From a virus (taxonomy: Duplodnaviria; Caudoviricetes): a DNA stretch of 64,000 nt. Position numbers and translations under genes: made by a program. The stretch lies in IMG/VR virus record IMGVR_UViG_3300028048_000136, positions 5,410-69,409 of that record, one strand, 5' to 3'. This document shows positions 1-9,114 of the stretch, one piece after another. The notes below the pieces were generated by a model that ran no database searches, was not told the origin of the DNA, and worked only from the letters and a program-made list of their open reading frames with translations. Numbering within the stretch: position 1 is the stretch's first letter; every line of letters starts with the position of its first letter.

Positions 1-83
1 GAATTTTTTCACCTACTTTCAATGCGGTACCTAGTTTTGATCTTTTTTCCATCTTTGTGACATTTGTAAGTCCTTTAGGAACT

Positions 84-791
84 TTAATTGCCATTTTGGT
101 CTCCTAGTTCTTTTTTCTTTGTTTCTTGGAAATACTTTATTTCAAGCATCCGTTGAACGGGTGTCATTTTTAAAACGTCATTTCTGGTTAAATGACCAAA
201 ATACACTAAAACGTGCAACCATTCTGTAAGGGTTTCATAGCTGTCTTCACTCATAAATTGCAAAACTTTTTTAAAACTCATAAGATTTGTAAAATGGTCT
301 TCATTACAGTAATAACAGTTAAAATGTATTTTTGTATTATAAACTATATAATAAGAATATAAATTTTTTGCGTAAAATTCAAAATCATCAATATCCATTT
401 CGTCATAAAATTCGTCTGATATTTCAATTGGTTCCGAAGAGTCAACAAATTTTGTTGGTACCTCGTCAGAGTCTATTTCTGGAAATCTCAATAAATTGGC
501 AAGACTAATTGTGGTATCCTGAACGTTACCACATTTTTTACATTTAAAATTAACCTCAATTTCATCACCTAAAGTCAAAATTCTAATGCACCATAAAAGG
601 ACAATCTTTTTTATTTTGTCCATTTCTGGGTCGTATTCCTCAACAAACTTCTGCAATAATTCATCTACAAATGGTTCCAAGTCGTCATCGTCAACCTCAT
701 TAAATGCTAAAAATTCTTTAATAGCTAACTCATCTTCCGTGAGGTAACTATGCACAATATATTCTTTGTCAAGTCTTATAGATCTTCTCAT
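84..791 (-). CDS. Baseplate hub assembly protein (T4 gp26/gp51-like)
   Basis: CKKC zinc ribbon and C-terminal 'VLKMTPVQRMLEI' motif; lies next to tail tube genes. Confidence 0.55.
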   Translation of the reverse strand: MRRSIRLDKEYIVHSYLTEDELAIKEFLAFNEVDDDDLEPFVDELLQKFVEEYDPEMDKIKKIVLLWCIRILTLGDEIEVNFKCKKCGNVQDTTISLANLLRFPEIDSDEVPTKFVDSSEPIEISDEFYDEMDIDDFEFYAKNLYSYYIVYNTKIHFNCYYCNEDHFTNLMSFKKVLQFMSEDSYETLTEWLHVLVYFGHLTRNDVLKMTPVQRMLEIKYFQETKKKELGDQNGN

Positions 792-811
792 TGGGCGACC
801 TACATAAGTGT

Positions 812-1465
812 TTAACTAATTTCCCAAGATGTAGGGAAAAACTCTGGCATATCTGAAAAATCAAAATCGCTTACTGCATTGCAACTTGGACATTTGGTTG
901 GGTGAATAACATTGCATTTGAAACGTCTAATGTCCCATTGAGCAAAAATATTTTCGTATTCGTCAACATCAAGATTTTCCAAAAAGTCAATAACATTTTC
1001 AATGGTTGTTATGTCGGATCCATTGATTGAATAAATGTGTAAAGCAAAATCTGTAATATATCTTTCCATTGGGGTCAAGCACTTTAAAATTTTTTCTTCA
1101 TAAATTTTTTGGTCCCTTACATTTCCAATGTCAATAGTGTTTGAATTTGTTACAATTGGGTCATAAACCGCTGGCATTGGTTGAACAACCTGTGCAGATG
1201 TTTTTCCAATCGTAAAAGAATGTCCACATTCAGGACAAGTAAGGGCATAATTCAAAGTGTTATGCAATGAATAATCACGAATTAACGCAAGGACATAATT
1301 ATATTCCTCTAAGTCAAGAGGTGTGTTTGGGTCTTCTAAGCAACCATAAACAAAAATTTTTCTACGCTCCAAATTGCTATCTGCGTTGTCTAGTGCTCGT
1401 TTATCTTTAACCTTCCATTTTCTGTATTTTATAGTTCTTCCATTTAACTCAATTTCTTTGTACAT
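812..1465 (-). CDS. Baseplate hub subunit (gp26-like)
   Basis: 'IKYRKWKVKD' start, CPECG and CPSC zinc ribbons. Confidence 0.55.
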   Translation of the reverse strand: MYKEIELNGRTIKYRKWKVKDKRALDNADSNLERRKIFVYGCLEDPNTPLDLEEYNYVLALIRDYSLHNTLNYALTCPECGHSFTIGKTSAQVVQPMPAVYDPIVTNSNTIDIGNVRDQKIYEEKILKCLTPMERYITDFALHIYSINGSDITTIENVIDFLENLDVDEYENIFAQWDIRRFKCNVIHPTKCPSCNAVSDFDFSDMPEFFPTSWEIS

Positions 1466-1468
1466 ATT

Positions 1469-2023
1469 TTAAACCTCTGGTATTTTGGAATCCTTTAATG
1501 TAATTGAAAATTCACAAATTTGTGCTTCGTTGTCATTACTCAATGTTAGTGTGGAAACGTTTGTAAGCATACATTTTTTTAGTTCCATAATTTTATAGGT
1601 CTTTTCGTTTACGTTGTCGCCACCTTTAAAAACTGTAATATTAAAAGAAATCTCATCAAAATATTTTTCTCTGGATCCCTTTAAATATTTTAAAAAACAT
1701 CTGTATAAACGATTTTGGTCAAAATCTTTAAATGTTAAGGTAATTGAAGCAACATCAAAATATGATTGGGCCATTCTAAAACGGTCATTGATAAAAGTTT
1801 CAATTGGATTTCCAGAACCGTATTGAGGAACCTGAAAATCTTTTAAGTACAGATTGAAATCACCTATTTCGGCTAACCCGCTTGAGCTCCATAAGGTATT
1901 TTTAGCCGGCAAAGCTGGTTCTATTTTTATGTAAAAATTTGATGTCAAAGACCATTTTGTTTCATAAATTTTTGAAATCGCTTCGTGTAAAGTTGGTGGT
2001 CCTTTTAAAAGTGTTTTGCTCAT
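1469..2023 (-). CDS. Tail tube initiator / gp19-gp54-like protein (start moved to ATG 2023)
   Basis: Tube-fold pattern 'ITLTFKDFD...LTNVSTLTLS...EFSITL'. Confidence 0.5.
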   Translation of the reverse strand: MSKTLLKGPPTLHEAISKIYETKWSLTSNFYIKIEPALPAKNTLWSSSGLAEIGDFNLYLKDFQVPQYGSGNPIETFINDRFRMAQSYFDVASITLTFKDFDQNRLYRCFLKYLKGSREKYFDEISFNITVFKGGDNVNEKTYKIMELKKCMLTNVSTLTLSNDNEAQICEFSITLKDSKIPEV

Positions 2024-2026
2024 AGT

Positions 2027-2059
2027 TATAAATAATATTTTAAAAACTAATGTATTTAT
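2027..2059. promoter_or_regulatory. Divergent T4-type late promoters (TATAAATA on +, GATAAATA on -)
   Basis: 39-bp gap between divergent late genes holds both motifs; GATAAATA also precedes the minus-strand portal gene. Confidence 0.55.
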
Positions 2060-2062
2060 CAA

Positions 2063-2662
2063 ATGAGTGCATATTCAAAATTGATAAGAGCAGCCATTGG
2101 TGATGGTGCTAGATCAAACAAATTCAATGTTATTTTTAGTTTCCAATCAAGTGGTGGTTTTGAAAAGGAATTAGCAATTTCCTGCAAGAGTTCATCTTAT
2201 CCAGACATTAAGGCAAAAACAGCAGACTTTAAATATAAAGGTCATATAATTCCAATTTACGTTTCATCAGTTTACGGAAATGACTGGGATGCTGAATTTT
2301 ATATGGATCCAACTCACAAACTTAAAAGATTTTTTGACAGCTGGGTTGAATTTTATGACGGTCGTGGCGAAGGTATCACAATGCGTGATGTTGGTGCAAG
2401 ACAAGGAACTATTTTTCTCCCAAATGGAGAGCCATTGTTTCCAAATCTTGATAACAAAGGCGACCTAACTGTAACTGCTAGAATTTATCAGTTTGATTTT
2501 GACGCCGAAATAACACCTGAAACAACTGACGGTGCCACAGCAAAATACGTTCTGTATAATGTGTTCCCGTCAGGCATTGATAAAATTTCAGTCGGCGAAA
2601 ATGACGATTTTTTAACCTTAAAAGTTAATTTTAAATATTCATATTTTGAGCGTGAAGACTAA
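2063..2662 (+). CDS. gp19: Tail tube protein gp19-like paralog 1
   Basis: 'GARSNKFNV...SYP...W..FY.D...LKRFFDSW...YNVFP..I...FKYSYFE'. Confidence 0.65.
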   Translation: MSAYSKLIRAAIGDGARSNKFNVIFSFQSSGGFEKELAISCKSSSYPDIKAKTADFKYKGHIIPIYVSSVYGNDWDAEFYMDPTHKLKRFFDSWVEFYDGRGEGITMRDVGARQGTIFLPNGEPLFPNLDNKGDLTVTARIYQFDFDAEITPETTDGATAKYVLYNVFPSGIDKISVGENDDFLTLKVNFKYSYFERED

Positions 2663-3189
2663 TGATTGACGGTAGAATTACAATTGCGGATATAGCTGCT
2701 CAATATAGAAAGGGTGGTATTTACAACAATAAATATCAGGTTCTTATTGATCCCCCAAAAAACATTTACACTTCAGAATTTACTAAAAAACTTTGGGTGC
2801 TTTCAAAGAGTGCAACTATCCCTAAGAAAAGCACAAAACCAAAGACTATAAATATTCACGGTGTTCCAGTAACATTTAAAGGGCAATTTGATTATGGTGA
2901 AAGTACCTCTATTGAAGTGTACGAGGACTCTGAATTAAATGTGCTCAAAACCTTAGAAAAATGGATAGAGATGTCAGATGGCCCAACTCATTCTTGGGAT
3001 AAAGAATACTATAACGGTTCCATTTCAGTTTTTCAATTAGATGGTGAAGGAAACCGTTTGTACGGTGTTAAATATCTTGATGTTTTCTTAACTGAAATTG
3101 GGGAGATTAAATATACTGGAGACTCTGGAAATCTTTTAACATATACATTAAATTTCAGTTATTCAACGTGGGAAGTCATTGACATATAA
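2662..3189 (+). CDS. gp19: Tail tube protein gp19-like paralog 2
   Basis: 'NKYQV...SATIP...LEKWIE...QLDGEG...FLTEIGEI...FSYSTW'. Confidence 0.65.
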   Translation: MIDGRITIADIAAQYRKGGIYNNKYQVLIDPPKNIYTSEFTKKLWVLSKSATIPKKSTKPKTINIHGVPVTFKGQFDYGESTSIEVYEDSELNVLKTLEKWIEMSDGPTHSWDKEYYNGSISVFQLDGEGNRLYGVKYLDVFLTEIGEIKYTGDSGNLLTYTLNFSYSTWEVIDI

Positions 3190-3230
3190 ATAAATAATAT
3201 GTTATAATAATAAAATTAGAGAGTTTAAAA

Positions 3231-3833
3231 ATGTCCAATGAAATTGCTAAATTAAAGAATTATCTTGGAATTGGTGCTAGAGCTAACAAATACAGAATCT
3301 ACATCAATTTCCCAAGTGGTGTTCCAAGCACATACGCAAATGGTGACGCCTTTGCTGTACTATGCAATAAGTGTGACGGTTTCCCTTCAAAAACCGTAGA
3401 TTCGGCCGAAGTTAAGTCACAAGGAAGAAGTTTTTTTGTACCAAAACAGCCATCTAATGGCGGTGATTTTGGTGCTACATTCTACAATGATGAAGGCCAT
3501 AGAATGAGAAATGATTTTATGGCTTGGGCAAAAGCAATAGATCACATTCCAGCAAATAGTAGTTCTGGAAACCTTGACGCTATTATGGCAGACATTAGAG
3601 TTGAGCAGTTAGATAGTGCAAATAATCCAACAAATGCTGTAACTTATCATCATTGTTTTGTTACCGAGGTTTCTGCAATTAGTTTTGACGGAAGTTCCGC
3701 AAGTGAAGTGGAAACCTTTGATGTGAAGTGGAAATATTCATACTACACTTATGGTATGGGCAATGACTCTGAAAATGATAGAGTTACTGAAAATAATGTA
3801 CCTACTGAAAACGCAGTAGCATACGATAACTAA
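3231..3833 (+). CDS. gp19: Tail tube protein gp19-like paralog 3
   Basis: 'GARANKY...FYNDEGHRMRNDF.AW...VEQLD...ETFDVKWKYSYY'; TATAAATA at 3185-3192. Confidence 0.75.
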   Translation: MSNEIAKLKNYLGIGARANKYRIYINFPSGVPSTYANGDAFAVLCNKCDGFPSKTVDSAEVKSQGRSFFVPKQPSNGGDFGATFYNDEGHRMRNDFMAWAKAIDHIPANSSSGNLDAIMADIRVEQLDSANNPTNAVTYHHCFVTEVSAISFDGSSASEVETFDVKWKYSYYTYGMGNDSENDRVTENNVPTENAVAYDN

Positions 3834-3843
3834 GGAATAAAAA

Positions 3844-4344
3844 ATGGGATTTCTTGATAACGCAAAATCCTTATTTTCACGTTTAAACCCTTTTAATAGA
3901 ATTAACGGAAAGAAGGTTGTTCAAGAACTTATCAAGCATCCCATTAAATTGCGTTCTGAAATAAATAATCATAGAGTTAAAGACGGAACGATATGTTATT
4001 TTGAGTACGACCCAAAAAATAAAAATGATATTTGCGATTATAAACCATTAATTATTATTTTAGGTCTTTCAAAAAATTATATGCTTGGTTGCAATTTCCA
4101 TTGGATCAATATGAATGAACGTTTAGAATTAATTAAATTTATAATTAAACTAAATACTGAAAATGGAAAAATCAATAAACCGTTACAATTTACGTATAAA
4201 GAATTGAAACAATTTTTAATGCAACCTCAATATAAGCAATGTTTGAGACTGTATATTATTAAGAGAATGTCTTTAAAGGGTGTTATTGTAGATCCAAAAT
4301 ATCTTTTGGATATAGCACGTTTAAAATTAGAGCATTTTTTGTAA
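3844..4344 (+). CDS. gp2: DNA end protector protein
   Basis: 'FEYDPKNK...DYKPLII...LGCNFHWI' matches the gp2 family pattern. Confidence 0.7.
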   Translation: MGFLDNAKSLFSRLNPFNRINGKKVVQELIKHPIKLRSEINNHRVKDGTICYFEYDPKNKNDICDYKPLIIILGLSKNYMLGCNFHWINMNERLELIKFIIKLNTENGKINKPLQFTYKELKQFLMQPQYKQCLRLYIIKRMSLKGVIVDPKYLLDIARLKLEHFL

Positions 4345-4401
4345 TCAAATTTTTTTATAAATAAAGTATAAATAAAATATATTTTTCATTAAGAGGAAAA
4401 T

Positions 4402-5196
4402 ATGAACCAGTTAAACAAAATTCTTTTGAGTGAAAATTATGCCGAATTTAAGAAATATTTTGGCAATCAACTTGAAAGAAAATTACAAGAATCTACCATA
4501 CTTAAAGGAGAAAAACAAATGGCAAAGCGTTATGCTAAGGTTAAGTCTTTATCAAAGACTATGAGAAATTGGTTAAACGAGGAAGAGGAAATCGAGGGTT
4601 CAACCGATGACGTTAAGGAGTCTTTACGTGCTGTAAAGCGTAAGCTCCGTGAGGCTGAGGACGAATTAGAGGTTGCCGAGGAAGAGGGTCAAGACGTTGC
4701 TGACGTTAAGGAAGCAATCGAAGATTGTAAGGACGAAGTAAAAGAGGCTGAGGAAGACATCGAAGAGGCAGATGATACTGAAGAGGTTGTTGAGGCTTTA
4801 AAGCGTGTTTACAAGAAGATCTGCGAGGCTGAGGAAGAATTAGGCGAAACTGATGTTGACGAAAATGACGAGGAAGTTGTTGAGTCATTAAAGAAGGTTT
4901 CACGTAAGTTTGCTAAGGCAAAGCGTATCGTTGAGGATGCTGAAGTTTCTGATGACGTTTCCGAAGACGATGACGATGACGAAGCAGTTGTTGAGTGCTT
5001 ACGCAAGGCCCGTCGTTTAATCAAAGAAGCAGAAGAAATCGCTGATAAAGATGACGAGGAAGTTGTTGAGGCATTAAAGAAGGCACGCCGTGCTTTAAAA
5101 GAGGCTGAAGACATTGCTGATGAGTGCGATGACGTTGAGGAAGATGACGAAGAAGTCAAAGAGTCATTAAATCGCCGTGCTCGCCGTTTCTGCTAA
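4402..5196 (+). CDS. Acidic repetitive prohead core protein (gp67/68-like position)
   Basis: Repeats of 'EEVVE(A/S)LKK...EAEE'; directly upstream of gp21; two TATAAATA at 4356 and 4367. Confidence 0.5.
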   Translation: MNQLNKILLSENYAEFKKYFGNQLERKLQESTILKGEKQMAKRYAKVKSLSKTMRNWLNEEEEIEGSTDDVKESLRAVKRKLREAEDELEVAEEEGQDVADVKEAIEDCKDEVKEAEEDIEEADDTEEVVEALKRVYKKICEAEEELGETDVDENDEEVVESLKKVSRKFAKAKRIVEDAEVSDDVSEDDDDDEAVVECLRKARRLIKEAEEIADKDDEEVVEALKKARRALKEAEDIADECDDVEEDDEEVKESLNRRARRFC

Positions 5197-5246
5197 TTGA
5201 AAAAATAGTGGGTACGATGTACCCACTTTAGTTTTTGAGGTACTAA

Positions 5247-5915
5247 ATGTCAAATCTTTTATTTGAAATTGATGGTCAAGAGTTAAATATCGAAACTAAA
5301 GAGGAATTAAACGAGTCCTCAGGCCAAAAAGAAAAAACTTACAAGATTAAAGGCATTTTCTCAACCATTGGCGAGAGAAATCGTAATGGTAGAGTTTATC
5401 CTAGAAACCTTTGGGAAGCAGAAGTTAAAGCATATCAAAACGAAATTAATGGTGGAACAATCAATACTCTTATGGAGTATGAACACCCACCACGTACTGA
5501 AGTTGATCCGATGAAGGCAGTTGCTAAAATTACTAAATTAGGTATCAAAGGCAACTATGTTATGGGCGAAGCAGTTTTATTAAACAATGCACAATCAAAT
5601 CAGTTAAAATCTTTAATTGACAACGGTGTTAAAATTTCTGTTTCATCACGCGGTGTTGGAACCGTAAATGACGGTGTTGTTGAGAATTTTAAATTAATTA
5701 CCTATGATATTGTTCCTAATCCAAGCGACTTTAACGCAACTATGAATGGTATGTGTGAAAGTTATCAGCTCAATGAAGGAATGCTTGTAGGCAAAGAATT
5801 TATAGAAGATAAATTCGGAAATATTGTCGAGGCAAATGTTTCTAAGGACGAAATGAAAAATGCTATTAAATCTGTTTTTAAAGAATATATAAATACTTTA
5901 AAAGGAGATATTTAA
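5247..5915 (+). CDS. gp21: Prohead protease
   Basis: 'NRNGRVYP...EHP...SSRGVG...ITYDIVPNPS'. Confidence 0.92.
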   Translation: MSNLLFEIDGQELNIETKEELNESSGQKEKTYKIKGIFSTIGERNRNGRVYPRNLWEAEVKAYQNEINGGTINTLMEYEHPPRTEVDPMKAVAKITKLGIKGNYVMGEAVLLNNAQSNQLKSLIDNGVKISVSSRGVGTVNDGVVENFKLITYDIVPNPSDFNATMNGMCESYQLNEGMLVGKEFIEDKFGNIVEANVSKDEMKNAIKSVFKEYINTLKGDI

Positions 5916-6973
5916 TGAATTTAGAAAATTTAAAGGAGTCCGTTCAAGACGCTCTTGATGACGCTGAAGTAAAACAGGCAATCAAGGAAGAAATTGATAA
6001 GGCTGCTGAAGAAAAAGCACAAATTCTTTTAGACAAAAAGATAGAGGAAGAGATTGAAAAGACTTCCGAAGAAATTGAAAAAGCTGCCGAAGAAAAAGCA
6101 CAAATTCTTTTTGACGAAAAGAAACAGGAATTAGAGGAAGAGTACAAACAGAAACTTGACGATTTGGAAGAGCATTGCAACAAATTTAAGAAGCACCTAA
6201 TTAGTGAAGCAGATAAACTTGTTAACGAAAAAGTTTCTAAGATGAAAAACGTACTTGAAAGATTTTCAACCCGTGTTGTGAATGAGTTTTTTATGGCTCA
6301 CGCTGAAGACTTTAAGATGTACGAGAATGTCCAGCAGACAGAGGCAATTCTTGAGTCATTACGTGCTGTAATTGCTATTGCAGGAGTTGATGTTCAAGAT
6401 ATTATTAAGGGTTCAAAAATCCGTGATAATAAACAAGCAACAATAAACAATGCAAGAATTATTGGCTTAAAAGAACAGGTTGAGAAATTACAAGCATTAA
6501 ACAAGGGTTTACAGGAAGAAAATTCACAATTACAAGATGAAAATGCTGACCTTAAGTTATCAATTGATGACATTAAGGAAGAGCACGAAGATAAGTCCGA
6601 GATAATTAAAGACCTTGAAGAGGAAATCTGTAACTTAAAGAGTTCAAATGATGATTTAAAGGATGCTGTTGAAAACGAAAAGAAAATCCAGGAAAGCATT
6701 AAAAAAGAAAAACGTATCCTCGAAAAGGAAAATAAAGACGTTGTAAGATTAGGTGTAATTCAGGAATTAAAGAGTGGTTTAACTCTTACCGAGTCCAAAA
6801 AGTTTGAAAAGTTAGCAAAAGACGTTCCTTTTACTGCTGATAAGAACTATATTAAAAAGTTAAAGAATTTAAAGGAGTCCGTTCAAGATTTGCCAGCTTT
6901 AAATGAGGTAACTTCCTCCCGTGAAATCAAACTTGAAGACAAAAAGACCCCTGATTATCACAAGTTTTTATAG
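5915..6973 (+). CDS. gp22: Prohead core scaffold protein
   Basis: Coiled-coil, acidic, between gp21 and gp23. Confidence 0.75.
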   Translation: MNLENLKESVQDALDDAEVKQAIKEEIDKAAEEKAQILLDKKIEEEIEKTSEEIEKAAEEKAQILFDEKKQELEEEYKQKLDDLEEHCNKFKKHLISEADKLVNEKVSKMKNVLERFSTRVVNEFFMAHAEDFKMYENVQQTEAILESLRAVIAIAGVDVQDIIKGSKIRDNKQATINNARIIGLKEQVEKLQALNKGLQEENSQLQDENADLKLSIDDIKEEHEDKSEIIKDLEEEICNLKSSNDDLKDAVENEKKIQESIKKEKRILEKENKDVVRLGVIQELKSGLTLTESKKFEKLAKDVPFTADKNYIKKLKNLKESVQDLPALNEVTSSREIKLEDKKTPDYHKFL

Positions 6974-7021
6974 TTAAAATATAAATAAATTAAATTATTA
7001 ATTAATAAAGGAGTTCCATTA

Positions 7022-8404
7022 ATGGAGATTTTAAACGAGGCTATGAAGATCGCTAACGATAGAAATTTCGCTAACGCTCTGATTGGTTCAAAAAAGTATT
7101 CTGCTTTAAGTCCTAAGTTAGCAGCAGATATGAGTGTGCTTTTAGAGAACACCCAGAGGGACATCAAAAATTCTCTTAACGAGAACACAATGACTGCTGA
7201 CATTGCTCAGTTTACTCCAATCTTAATGCCAATGGTTAGACGTATTTACCCTAACTTAATTGCAAATGTATTACTTGGTGTTCAACCAATGTCAATGCCT
7301 ACTGGCTACATCTATGCTTTAATCAATCAGTATTTAGGTGACGGTGTAAATAAGGTTGGTAATCGTGAACAGCCAGCTGGTGTTATCTACAAGTTAGATA
7401 AGGATGCTGTAACTGCAGGTATTAACATTGGCGATACTGCTGGTGACGGTGTTGTATTATACATTGAAGATAACAAGGTATTATGCTCATTCACTTCTAC
7501 AAAGTTAGCAGAAGGCGCTGCATTAGGTTCTGCAACTGTTAAGGCATTATACACAAATGAGGCTGCTTTCGGAAGAATTTTAAAGAGCTATACTGGTTCT
7601 TATAGAACATCAAATGCAGAAATTCTTTCAACTGATATGAAAGAAATCGGTTTCAGTATTGTTCGCAAGAATATTGAAGCTCAGTCACGTGCTCTGAAGG
7701 GCAGATATACTGTTGAAATGTATCAGGACTTAAAGTCACAGCACCAGTTAAATGCTGACGAGGAACTGATGTCATTAATGCAGTACGAAATCCAGGCAGA
7801 ACTTGACCGTGAAGTTGTTGACTTCGTAAACAAGAACGCAACTCAATTACCTGATACTAAGTTTGGTATTCCAGCAACTGCAGCTGACATCATTATTCCA
7901 GATGGTCGTTGGGAAATCGAACGTTATCGTGCTAACGCAGTTCGCATTGCTAAAGAGGCTGCTTTAATCGGTATCGAAACAAAACGTGGTCAGGGTAACA
8001 CTCTGTTAGTTTCTCCATTAGTTGCAACTATGTTAGAACAAGTTGGTTCATTCCAGCCAGCAACCGTTGCTAGTGGTATTGTTTCACCTGTTTCTGGTGG
8101 TGTTGCAGGTACATTTGATAATCGTTATAAGGTTATTGTTGACCAGTATGCTGAGACTGATTACTGTACTGTTCTTTATAAGGGTGATAACGCTCGTGAC
8201 GCTATGGGATTCTTTGCTCCATACGTTCCATTACAGTTCACCCGCGTAACCAACGCAGAGTCTGGTCAGCCAGCAATTATTGCTAAGACCCGTTATGCTC
8301 TTACAACTATTCCTGGTATTGAAGCTGCAACTTCAAACGATAGAGCTAAGGCATACGCAAGAAGTTTCGGTGTAGATTTCACCAACACTATCTTATCACA
8401 CTAA
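7022..8404 (+). CDS. gp23: Major capsid protein
   Basis: 'GVQPMSMPTG...SRALKGRYTVEMYQDLK...ELDREV...FFAPYVPL...KTRYA'; TATAAATA at 6980. Confidence 0.96.
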   Translation: MEILNEAMKIANDRNFANALIGSKKYSALSPKLAADMSVLLENTQRDIKNSLNENTMTADIAQFTPILMPMVRRIYPNLIANVLLGVQPMSMPTGYIYALINQYLGDGVNKVGNREQPAGVIYKLDKDAVTAGINIGDTAGDGVVLYIEDNKVLCSFTSTKLAEGAALGSATVKALYTNEAAFGRILKSYTGSYRTSNAEILSTDMKEIGFSIVRKNIEAQSRALKGRYTVEMYQDLKSQHQLNADEELMSLMQYEIQAELDREVVDFVNKNATQLPDTKFGIPATAADIIIPDGRWEIERYRANAVRIAKEAALIGIETKRGQGNTLLVSPLVATMLEQVGSFQPATVASGIVSPVSGGVAGTFDNRYKVIVDQYAETDYCTVLYKGDNARDAMGFFAPYVPLQFTRVTNAESGQPAIIAKTRYALTTIPGIEAATSNDRAKAYARSFGVDFTNTILSH

Positions 8405-8422
8405 TTTTTAAATTAGTAACAA

Positions 8423-8450
8423 CAAAGGGACTTTAAAAGTCCCTTTTTTA
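8423..8450 (+). terminator. Intrinsic terminator after gp23
   Basis: aaagggact-ttaaa-agtcccttttt hairpin with T tract. Confidence 0.75.
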
Positions 8451-8483
8451 TTTCACTTTCAAAGGACTTTTTAAAAGTCCCCT

Positions 8484-8577
8484 TTTTAAAATGTTTTAAT
8501 TATATATATAAAAATACTTCAATATTGCACTTTTAAAATGTTTTAATTATATATATAAAAACACTTCAATATTGCAC
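8484..8577. repeat. About 47-bp tandem duplication
   Basis: ttttaaaatgttttaattatatatataaaaa(t/c)acttcaatattgcac twice. Confidence 0.85.
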
Positions 8578-8693
8578 TCAAAAAATTGTTTAATATATTA
8601 TACAATAATTTGAATTATTGACAAAAATATGTTAGAATTAAATAAAATGTTAGAACACAATACCGCTGTATATGTTTGGAACAGGAGCCTAAA

Positions 8694-9095
8694 ATGAAGA
8701 AATTTAAAACATTAATTAGCGTTTTTGACAAAATGACAAAGTTGCTTAGTACCGAGGAAGATAAGATTTCAGTTGATGGAATTGAACTTGCATTTGAAGA
8801 AAGTGGAATAAATGGAGATTGCTATACAAACAGGTATCTAAGAGGAAAGAAGTTTGATATTTGGATAATTCAGACAAGTTACGGTTATTGTTTCAAGACA
8901 ATGAAGGAACCTACTATTGACGCTGAACTGCAATTGTTAATAACATATAACGATACCACAAGAAAGACCAATTGTTATGTTAGATACGAAAAAGAGCAAT
9001 ATCCTCTCAAATCCATCAAAGCAAGTGACAACTTAAAATATATTCTTGATACATTTGATAAATTAATAACACATTTTAATTCAAAAGTTCATTAA
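8694..9095 (+). CDS. Hypothetical protein
   Basis: ORF with GGAG RBS before ATG 8694. Confidence 0.6.
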   Translation: MKKFKTLISVFDKMTKLLSTEEDKISVDGIELAFEESGINGDCYTNRYLRGKKFDIWIIQTSYGYCFKTMKEPTIDAELQLLITYNDTTRKTNCYVRYEKEQYPLKSIKASDNLKYILDTFDKLITHFNSKVH

Positions 9096-9114
9096 TTTGT
9101 AGTATAATAAGAAT

